Of a DNA stretch of 64,000 bases, positions 56,774 through 64,000 are shown one piece after another. Under the pieces are notes generated by a model, which searched no databases, was not told where the DNA came from, and saw nothing but the letters and a program-made list of their open reading frames with translations. Source of the stretch: Solirubrobacteraceae bacterium (GTDB lineage Bacteria; Actinomycetota; Thermoleophilia; Solirubrobacterales; Solirubrobacteraceae); the NCBI GenBank assembly GCA_036501965.1, contig DASXZK010000040.1, positions 15,769 through 79,768 on the forward strand. Direction: 5' to 3'. The stretch's first letter is position 1, and every line of letters starts with the position of its first letter. The translations under genes and the position numbers were made by a program.

Positions 56774-57790
56774 GTGCTCCGGTTCGTCTCCAAGCGAGTT
56801 GCGCTCGGCGCGCTCGTCGTCGTCGGCGTGGTCGCGCTGACGTTCGTGATCGCCCGGATCATCCCGGGCGATCCGGCCGTCACCTACGCCGGCCCGCACG
56901 CGACGGCGGCGACGATCGCCGCCGCCCGCCGCGAGCTCGGCCTGGACAAGCCGGTGATCGTGCAGCTGTTCGACTATCTGAAGGGGATCTTCTCGGGCAG
57001 CTGGGGGATCTCGTACCGCACCCACCACAAGGTCCTGTCCGATCTCGGCACCGCGCTGCCGGCGTCGATCGAGCTCGTCGTCGCGGGGATCTTCATCGCG
57101 GTCGTACTCGGGCTGCCGTTCGGCCTGCTGGCGGCTCGCTTCCCGGGCAAGAGCGTCGACCTGCTGGTGCGGGTCATCTCCGTCATCGGCGTCTCGATGC
57201 CGGTCTTCTGGCTCGCGCTCATCCTCCAGCGGCTGCTGTCAGGTGACCTGCATTGGCTACCGACCGCCGGCGTGTACAACCCCAACCTCTATTACACGCA
57301 CCCACTGACGAGCTACACGAACATTCCGGTGCTCGACGCGCTCATCACCGGCAACTTCGCGGTGCTGGGCAGCGCGCTCTCCCACCTCGTGCTGCCGGCG
57401 CTCGTCGTCGCCGCCTACCCAGCGGGACTGATCGCGCGGATGGTCCGGGCCTCGGTCCTGGAGACGCTCGGCGAGAGCCACGTGCGGATGACGCGCGCGC
57501 TCGGCTTCACCGAGCGAGCGCTGTTCACCCGCTATGCGCTGCGCCCGGCGCTCAACCCCGTCGTTCAGGTGATCGCGCTCGTGTTCGCCTACTCGCTGGC
57601 GAACACGTTCCTCGTGGAGGCCGTGTTCGACTGGCCGGGCCTCGGCAGCTACGCAGCCAACTCGCTGGAGGCGCTCGACACCCCGGCGGTGATGGGCGTG
57701 ACCTTGATCGTCGCGATCACCTACGTGGTGCTCAACCTCGCCGTCGACATCGTGCAGGCGATCCTCGACCCGCGGATCCGCGTCTCGTGA
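56774..57790 (+). CDS. Dpp/Opp ABC permease (DppB-like)
   Basis: IPGDP, LGLDKP, SMPVFW, VEAVFDWPGLG. Confidence 0.92.
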   Translation: MLRFVSKRVALGALVVVGVVALTFVIARIIPGDPAVTYAGPHATAATIAAARRELGLDKPVIVQLFDYLKGIFSGSWGISYRTHHKVLSDLGTALPASIELVVAGIFIAVVLGLPFGLLAARFPGKSVDLLVRVISVIGVSMPVFWLALILQRLLSGDLHWLPTAGVYNPNLYYTHPLTSYTNIPVLDALITGNFAVLGSALSHLVLPALVVAAYPAGLIARMVRASVLETLGESHVRMTRALGFTERALFTRYALRPALNPVVQVIALVFAYSLANTFLVEAVFDWPGLGSYAANSLEALDTPAVMGVTLIVAITYVVLNLAVDIVQAILDPRIRVS

Positions 57791-58674
57791 CGGTCACGGT
57801 CCCCAGCGTCGCGCAGACCCGCGGGCAGCTTCGCCGCGTCCTGGGCGCCGCGCGTTCGAACCCGACGCTGGCCGCCGGCGCGATCGTGCTCGCGATCGTC
57901 GTGATCATCGCCGTGTTCGCGCCGCTGCTGGCGCCCTTCCCGGCCGACGCCGGCAACGCGACCCATCCCACGCAGGTCCTGCTCGCGCCCTCCTCGACGC
58001 ACCCGTTCGGCACCGACGAGGTCGGCCGTGACGTGCTGACGCGCGTGATGTACGGCGGGCGCACGTCGCTGGAGATCGTGGTCGCGGTGCTCCTGATCGC
58101 TGCGGCGATCGGGATCCCCCTGGGACTGATCGCCGGCTACTTCGGCGGGATCGTCGACCAGGTGATCATGCGGGTCACCGACATCTTCCTCGCGTTCCCC
58201 GCGCTCCTGCTCTCGCTGGCGATCGCCTCGGTGCTGCAGCCGAGTGTCGGGCACATGATCCTTGCGATTGCGGTCACCTGGTGGCCGTGGTACACGCGCC
58301 TGGTGCGTGGTGAGGCGGCGTCGGTGGTGCGCCGGCCCTACGTGGAGAGCGCGCGCACGCTCGGCGTCTCGCACCGCCGGATCATCCTCCGCCACGTGCT
58401 GCCCAACGCCGCCACGCCGGTGCTCGTGCAGATCTCGATGGACGCCGGCGGCGTGCTGCTCACCGCGGCGGCGATCTCGTTCCTCGGTCTCGGTGCGCAG
58501 GACCCCACGTGCGAATGGGGCCTGATGGTCAGCCAGGGCGCCACCTACTTCACCACCAACTGGTGGTACGCGACGTTCCCGGGGATCGCGATCCTGATCA
58601 CCGCGATGGCGTTCAACCTGATCGGCGACGGCGTGCGCGAGCGGTTGGACCCCAGGCGGGTGCTGTCGCGATGA
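57787..58674 (+). CDS. Dpp/Opp ABC permease (DppC-like)
   Basis: HPFGTDEVGRD, HVLPN, ISFLGLG, FNLIGDG. Confidence 0.92.
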   Translation: MTVTVPSVAQTRGQLRRVLGAARSNPTLAAGAIVLAIVVIIAVFAPLLAPFPADAGNATHPTQVLLAPSSTHPFGTDEVGRDVLTRVMYGGRTSLEIVVAVLLIAAAIGIPLGLIAGYFGGIVDQVIMRVTDIFLAFPALLLSLAIASVLQPSVGHMILAIAVTWWPWYTRLVRGEAASVVRRPYVESARTLGVSHRRIILRHVLPNAATPVLVQISMDAGGVLLTAAAISFLGLGAQDPTCEWGLMVSQGATYFTTNWWYATFPGIAILITAMAFNLIGDGVRERLDPRRVLSR

Positions 58675-59444
58675 GCTTGATCGTCCGGGATCTGCGGATC
58701 GGCTTCGGCGATCGCACCGTCGTCGACATCGACATACTGGAGGTCGGCGACGGCGAGATCGTCGGCCTGGTCGGGGAGTCGGGCTCGGGCAAGTCGATCA
58801 CCTCGCTGGCGATCATCGGCCTCGCCCGCTCAGCAGGCGCCTGGGTGGAGGGCTCGATCGAGCTCGACGGCCGTGAGCTCAGCACGCTCGGCGAGGCGCA
58901 GTGGCGGGAGCTGCGCGGCGACCGGATCGCGATGATCTTCCAGTCGCCGGTCTCCTCGCTCAATCCCGTTTTCCGGGTCGGCGACCAGTTCGTGCGCGCG
59001 CTGCGTCTGCACGGGGCGACCAAGGCGGAGGCGGTTGACCGGGCGGCGCGGGCGATGCGCGAGGTCGTGCTCTCGCCCGATCTGCTGCGCCGCTACCCGC
59101 ATCAGCTCTCCGGCGGGCAGGCCCAACGGGTGGCGATCGCGATGGCGGTCGCGCTGCGGGCTCGCGTGCTGCTCGCCGACGAGCCGACGAGCGCGCTCGA
59201 CGTGACCGTCCAGGCCGAGATCCTCGAGCTGATCCAGCGGATGCGACGCGAGGAGGGGATCTCGGTGCTGTTCGTGAGCCACGACCTGGCCGTCGTCGCC
59301 GGGCTGTGCGACCGCGTCGCGATCATGCAGGCCGGGCTGATCGTCGAGAGCGGGCCGACCGGACCGACCCTCCGCGCCCCGACCCACCCGTACACCCAGG
59401 GGCTCGTCGCCGCCGTCCCGCGGCTCGGGGGCGCGCATGCTTGA
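58671..59444 (+). CDS. Dpp/Opp ABC ATPase (DppD-like)
   Basis: GESGSGKS, YPHQLSGG, ADEPTSALDVTVQ. Confidence 0.92.
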   Translation: MSLIVRDLRIGFGDRTVVDIDILEVGDGEIVGLVGESGSGKSITSLAIIGLARSAGAWVEGSIELDGRELSTLGEAQWRELRGDRIAMIFQSPVSSLNPVFRVGDQFVRALRLHGATKAEAVDRAARAMREVVLSPDLLRRYPHQLSGGQAQRVAIAMAVALRARVLLADEPTSALDVTVQAEILELIQRMRREEGISVLFVSHDLAVVAGLCDRVAIMQAGLIVESGPTGPTLRAPTHPYTQGLVAAVPRLGGAHA

Positions 59445-60393
59445 GCTGCGCGAGCTCACCGTCCGCTACGGCCCGGAGACGGCCGTCGACGCGGTCTCGC
59501 TGACGATCCCCGACGGGCCGTTCGGGGTGGGGCTGGTCGGCGAGTCGGGCTCGGGGAAGACGACGATCGCACGCGCGATCATGCGCCTGGTCGGCGCGTC
59601 GGGCGGCTCGGTGCTGCACGACGGCGAGAACGTGCTGCGGGCGCGGGGAAGCGCCCTGCGCGCCTACCGCCGGGCGGTGCAGATCGTCTTCCAGGACCCC
59701 GACCTCACGCTCGACCCGCGGATGCGGATCGGCACCGCGATCGCGGAGGGCATGCGCGCGCACGGGCGGGTCTCACGCGAGGCGGCGGCCACGCGGGTGG
59801 CGACGCTGCTCGGTGAGGTGGGGCTCGAGCCCGAGCACGCCGGGCGGTTGCCGCACCAGCTGTCCGGCGGCCAGCGCCAGCGGGTCGCGATCGCCCGGGC
59901 GCTCGCGGTCGAGCCGCGGATGCTGGTTCTCGACGAGCCCACCAGCGCGCTCGACGTCACGGTCCAGGCGCGCGTACTCGAGCTGATCGCCGCGCTGCGA
60001 CAGGAGCGCTCGCTGTCCTATCTGCTGATCAGTCACAACCTCGCGGTCGTCGAGCAGCTGTGCGAGCAGGTCGCGGTGCTCTACCGCGGGCACCTCGTCG
60101 AGGAAGGGCCGACCGCCGAGTTGCTCGACCGCCCGGCACACCCCTACACCCGGGCGCTCCGCGCGGCGGTCCCTGAGCTCGACGAGGCGCTGCCGGCTCC
60201 CGCGATCCGGCCCGATGCGGCGGTCGACGCGGTGACGGTCACCGGCGGTTGCCCGTTCGCCGATCGCTGCCCGATGGTCGTCGACCGCTGCCGACAGGAG
60301 CGCCCGGCGCTGCGCGAGCTCGAGGGGCGCCGCGTCGCCTGCCACCGCGCCGAGGAGTCGATCGAGCTGCCTCTGGAGCCGCCGCGCGGCTAG
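59437..60393 (+). CDS. Dpp/Opp ABC ATPase (DppF-like) with C-terminal Cys cluster
   Basis: GESGSGKTT, LSGGQRQR, GCPFADRCP...C...VACH. Confidence 0.92.
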   Translation: MLELRELTVRYGPETAVDAVSLTIPDGPFGVGLVGESGSGKTTIARAIMRLVGASGGSVLHDGENVLRARGSALRAYRRAVQIVFQDPDLTLDPRMRIGTAIAEGMRAHGRVSREAAATRVATLLGEVGLEPEHAGRLPHQLSGGQRQRVAIARALAVEPRMLVLDEPTSALDVTVQARVLELIAALRQERSLSYLLISHNLAVVEQLCEQVAVLYRGHLVEEGPTAELLDRPAHPYTRALRAAVPELDEALPAPAIRPDAAVDAVTVTGGCPFADRCPMVVDRCRQERPALRELEGRRVACHRAEESIELPLEPPRG

Positions 60394-60404
60394 ATTGTCC
60401 GCGC

Positions 60405-61277
60405 GTGCCAGCTCCCGTCATCGTCATCCACGCCGGCGCCGGCGCCTCCTCGCCGCCGCCCGAGCTGCGCGATGAGGCGCGTGAGGCGCTGCGGACCGCG
60501 CTGCGGCGCGGCGCCGCCGCGCTGGACGACGGGGGAGAGGCGCTCGACGCCGTCCAGGTGGCCGTCGCCTACATGGAGGACGAGGTCGAGTTCTTCAACG
60601 CCGGCCGGGGCGCTGTGCTGTGCGCCGACGGGACCGCCGAGCTCTCGGCGGCGCTGATGCGCGGCCACGATCGCGCCGCCGGGGCGGTCGCGATCGTCAC
60701 CCGCTGCCGCTACCCGGTCGCCGCCGCGCGCGCGGTGCTTGAGGTGAGCGATCACGTGCTGATGATGGGGCGCGCGGCCGACCGCTTCGCCCACCGGCAC
60801 GGGGTCGAAGCCTGCGAGCCGGAGTACTTCGTCACCGAGCGCCAGCGCGTGCGGCTCGCCGAGCGGGGTTCGGACTTCGAGCGCGGCACCGTCGGCGCGG
60901 TCTGCCTGGACGGGGTGGGCCGGCTCGCGGCCGCGACCTCGACCGGCGGGCGGCGCGGGCAGCTGCCCGGTCGGGTCGGCGACACGCCGGTCATCGGCGC
61001 CGGGACCTGGGCCGACCGCCGAGTCGCCGTCTCCTGCACCGGCGACGGCGAGTCGTTCATCCGCGCGGGGGCCGCCCACCAGCTCGCGGACCGGGTCGCG
61101 GCCGGCGAGGAGCTCGAGCCAGCCACCGAGGCGACGCTCGCCGACGTCGGCGTCGTCGACGGGACCGGCGGGATCATCGCCGTCGACGCACGCGGCGCGG
61201 TCGCGCTGGCGTTCACCAGCGACGCGATGAACCGCGGCGTTTGGCGAGAGGGCTCAGAGCCCGAAGCCTGGGTCTGA
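60405..61277 (+). CDS. iaaA: Isoaspartyl peptidase / L-asparaginase (Ntn hydrolase)
   Basis: IHAGAG, FNAGRGA, GTVGAV (Thr nucleophile), ATSTGG, GRVGDTP, SCTGDGE. Confidence 0.92.
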   Translation: MPAPVIVIHAGAGASSPPPELRDEAREALRTALRRGAAALDDGGEALDAVQVAVAYMEDEVEFFNAGRGAVLCADGTAELSAALMRGHDRAAGAVAIVTRCRYPVAAARAVLEVSDHVLMMGRAADRFAHRHGVEACEPEYFVTERQRVRLAERGSDFERGTVGAVCLDGVGRLAAATSTGGRRGQLPGRVGDTPVIGAGTWADRRVAVSCTGDGESFIRAGAAHQLADRVAAGEELEPATEATLADVGVVDGTGGIIAVDARGAVALAFTSDAMNRGVWREGSEPEAWV

Positions 61278-61289
61278 GAGGATCGGCTC

Positions 61290-62213
61290 ATGCCCACCGC
61301 GCACCTCGCCGCCACGACGCTCCGCTCCGCCACCGAGATCCCCGACCAGACCGGGCGTACCGCCATCATCACCGGCGCCAACAGCGGCATCGGCCGCGCC
61401 GCCGCCGCTGCACTCGCCGCTCGCGGGGCGCACGTCGTGCTTGCCGTGCGCAACCTCGACAAGGGGCGTGCTGCCGCGGATGCGATGGGCGGCTCGACCG
61501 AGGTGCGGCAGCTGGATCTCGCGTCCCTGGAGTCCGTCCACGCGTTCGCGTCGGCCTGGGATGCGCCGATCGACCTGCTCATCAACAACGCCGGGATCAT
61601 GATCCCGCCGCTGAGTCGGACCGCGGACGGCTTCGAGCTGCAGTTCGGGACCAACCACCTCGGTCACTTCGCGCTCACCAACCTGCTCCTGGGCCACGTC
61701 ACCGACCGTGTCGTCGCCGTCTCCTCGCTCGTCCATCGCCAGGGCGCGATCGACTTCGACGACCTGAACTGGGAGCGCAGGTCGTATCGGCGCTGGCCCG
61801 CCTACGGTCAGTCGAAGCTCGCCAACCTGCTGTTCACGCTGGAGCTGCAGCGACGGTTGACCGAGGCCGGGTCACCGGTGGAGGCGACTGCCGCCCACCC
61901 CGGCTATGCGAGCACCAACCTGCAGTCCCACAGCGGCCATCTGATCGCGGCGCTCGTCATGCAGATCGGCAACCTCGTGTTCGCCCAATCCGAGGAGGCC
62001 GGAGCGCTGCCCACGCTGTTTGCGGCCGTTGCCGACATTCCCGGTGGGAGCTTCGCCGGGCCCGGAGGGATGGGCGGGCAACGTGGGCCGGCGCAGCTCT
62101 GCGGGCGTTCACGGGCGGCGTTCGACGGGGACGTGGCGCGACGGCTGTGGGACGTCTCGGAGGAGCTGACCGGCGTGAAGTTCACGCTCGCTCCCGCGCC
62201 CGCCGCGGGTTGA
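61290..62213 (+). CDS. SDR family oxidoreductase
   Basis: [35 protein letters not shown]. Confidence 0.95.
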   Translation: MPTAHLAATTLRSATEIPDQTGRTAIITGANSGIGRAAAAALAARGAHVVLAVRNLDKGRAAADAMGGSTEVRQLDLASLESVHAFASAWDAPIDLLINNAGIMIPPLSRTADGFELQFGTNHLGHFALTNLLLGHVTDRVVAVSSLVHRQGAIDFDDLNWERRSYRRWPAYGQSKLANLLFTLELQRRLTEAGSPVEATAAHPGYASTNLQSHSGHLIAALVMQIGNLVFAQSEEAGALPTLFAAVADIPGGSFAGPGGMGGQRGPAQLCGRSRAAFDGDVARRLWDVSEELTGVKFTLAPAPAAG

Positions 62214-62260
62214 GGCCCGCCGCGCCGCCACTCCGGCGGCACCGATACGCTCAGTGGCGG

Positions 62261-63610
62261 ATGTTCGCCGCCCGCCCACACAGGTCGCTGGTGGCCGGGT
62301 TCGTACTGTGCGCCGTGGCGCTGTTGTGCGCCGGCGCCGGGCACGCGCGCGCGGGCGTCTGGACGCTCGTCAGCTGCAGCCAGCCGAGCGGCGCACCGGC
62401 CGCGACCGACGGCTGGACGCCCGGCTGGTGGGCGGGAGGGCCGACCTCGGGCAGCGGCGACACGAACACGTGCGGGGCGCCCGGAGGCGCGCTCGTCGCC
62501 GCCTCCAGTCAGAACGGCGCCGCCGCGGCCTACAGCGGCCCCGAGTGGGTGTTCAACGCGCCGGGCGGCGCTGTGATCACGGGGGGTTCGATCAGCGCAA
62601 CGCTGCTCGCGCCGCAGGGCCAGGCATGGATCGGAACGCCCGGACCGGCGTACGACGGCCCCGACGTGATCGCCGACTGCCAGCAGGGAAGCCCGCAGTG
62701 CCAGGGTGGGGGCCCGGTGAGCGGCACGTTCCCGATCGATCACCCGGGGGGAACCTCGATCTACGCGCCGGCGCTGTGCGTCGCCGGCTCCATCGCGTGT
62801 CCCGCGACCGGTGGGACCGGGGTCAACGCCGAGGTGGCGATCACCCAGGCCCAGATCGAGCTGTCGGTCGACGCGACGCCGACCGGGCGCAACTTCTCCG
62901 GCTCGCTGCTCTCACGCGGCGCGAGCGGCACCGCGGACCTCGCGTTCACCGCGTCCGATCCGGGCGCGAGCGGCGGGTTCGGTCCCGGCGTCTACGCCGT
63001 GACCGCGCAGCTCGACGGCACGACCGTCTACAGCGGCGTTCCGGACACCTACCGCGGTGAATGCGTGGCGCTCGAAACCGATCCGGCGACCGGGGGTCTG
63101 ATGTTCGACCACGGCCAGCCGTGCGCACCGCTCGCCAAGCTCAAGATCCCGGTGCAGACGAGCGCGCTGTCGGACGGGCGCCACCAGCTCGTGGTCACGA
63201 TGTCCGACGCGGCCGGCGATGTCGCCACCGTCCTGCATCGTTCGATTACGACCTTCAACCCGATCACCTCGCCGCTGCCGCGCCGCAAGCGCGAGGTCAG
63301 CGCGCGGCTGACCACAGGGTGGACCTTCGCCGGCTCGACCGCCCACCTGCACTCCGCGCACGTGAGCCCGCTGCCCAAGCACAGCACCGTGTCGGTCGCT
63401 TGCACCGGCCCGCGCTGCCCGGCGTTGCGCCCGAGCCACGTCCCCGTCGCCCGCCTCTCCAGGCTGTGGGCCGCCCTGGAGCACAAGACGTTCCACCGCG
63501 GAGACCGTCTCCAGGTGACGATCCGCGCGCGGCACCTGACGCCCGAGCCGATCGAGTTCCGGATCCGTTCGGGCCGCAGGCCGACGGCGCGGCTGCTGCG
63601 TTCCCCCTGA
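62261..63610 (+). CDS. Secreted Cys-containing hypothetical protein
   Basis: Signal peptide (..AGHARA), paired cysteines, Ig-like LSDGRHQLVVTMSDAAGD, basic C-terminal domain. Confidence 0.75.
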   Translation: MFAARPHRSLVAGFVLCAVALLCAGAGHARAGVWTLVSCSQPSGAPAATDGWTPGWWAGGPTSGSGDTNTCGAPGGALVAASSQNGAAAAYSGPEWVFNAPGGAVITGGSISATLLAPQGQAWIGTPGPAYDGPDVIADCQQGSPQCQGGGPVSGTFPIDHPGGTSIYAPALCVAGSIACPATGGTGVNAEVAITQAQIELSVDATPTGRNFSGSLLSRGASGTADLAFTASDPGASGGFGPGVYAVTAQLDGTTVYSGVPDTYRGECVALETDPATGGLMFDHGQPCAPLAKLKIPVQTSALSDGRHQLVVTMSDAAGDVATVLHRSITTFNPITSPLPRRKREVSARLTTGWTFAGSTAHLHSAHVSPLPKHSTVSVACTGPRCPALRPSHVPVARLSRLWAALEHKTFHRGDRLQVTIRARHLTPEPIEFRIRSGRRPTARLLRSP

Positions 63611-63617
63611 GCAGCCG

Positions 63618-64000
63618 CTAACGCCGGATCAGGCGTTGCTCGACGACGTCGCGGACGCCGTCGCCGACGATGTTGACCGCGATCTCGACGAGCACCAGCG
63701 CGACAGCCGCCGGCCACAGCTGCCACCAGAACCCGTTGAAGACGTTGTCGACGCCGATCGTGAGCAGGTCGCCCCAGCTGGTGGCGGGCGGGGGGACACC
63801 GAGGCCGAGGAAGGCGAGCGCCGCGAACGCGAGGATCGCGTCGGCGACGATGAACGTGCCCGCGACAACGACGACGCCGAGCACGTTGGGGATCAGGTGG
63901 CGCATGATGATGCGGTGGCTGCGGGCGCCGAATACGCGGCTGGCGGACACGTAGTCGCGCTCACGTAGGGCGAGGACCTCGCCGCGGACCAGGCGCGCCA
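63618..64000 (-). CDS. Dpp/Opp ABC permease (DppC-like), partial
   Basis: RHLIPN, LAFLGLG, SWGDLL, VNIVGDG. Confidence 0.9.
   Translation of the reverse strand, partial: ARLVRGEVLALRERDYVSASRVFGARSHRIIMRHLIPNVLGVVVVAGTFIVADAILAFAALAFLGLGVPPPATSWGDLLTIGVDNVFNGFWWQLWPAAVALVLVEIAVNIVGDGVRDVVEQRLIRR

Overview
High-GC window with many apparently leaderless genes, most likely actinobacterial; the gene style resembles Thermoleophilia/Solirubrobacterales, which is an inference. The main feature is a ~23 kb trace-gas chemolithoautotrophy island (1.5-24.4 kb). It has a red-type RuBisCO module (cbbL-cbbS-cbbX-prk, convergent cbbR-like LysR, divergent ComB-family phosphatase) next to a ~14 kb minus-strand aerobic Mo-Cu CO dehydrogenase cluster. 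That cluster encodes two form I coxL, two coxS, two coxM, coxD/E/F/G, a stand-alone degenerate mini-CoxL domain, two small Cys/His proteins, and five paralogous, translationally coupled single-TM helical proteins of unknown function. These five are the best candidate for an undescribed component, possibly a membrane stalk or anchor for CODH. A CutR-type operator (CTAAG-N6-CTTAG) occurs at the cox promoter and again about 20 kb away between a frameshifted xdhC and yceI. The rest comprises: an amine/betaine catabolic regulon (Rieske oxygenase, flavin amine oxidase, acyl-CoA enzymes, PotABCD-like ABC transporter, two TetR with a shared operator); a hemW remnant and a REP-like hairpin array; secreted GH15 glucodextranase and S53 peptidase; ABC-F; a metallophosphoesterase; and a PucR-linked hydantoinase/DUF917/Dpp/isoaspartyl peptidase cluster. 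No rRNA, tRNA, CRISPR or mobile element was recognised. All calls are from motif reading by eye, with no database searches.
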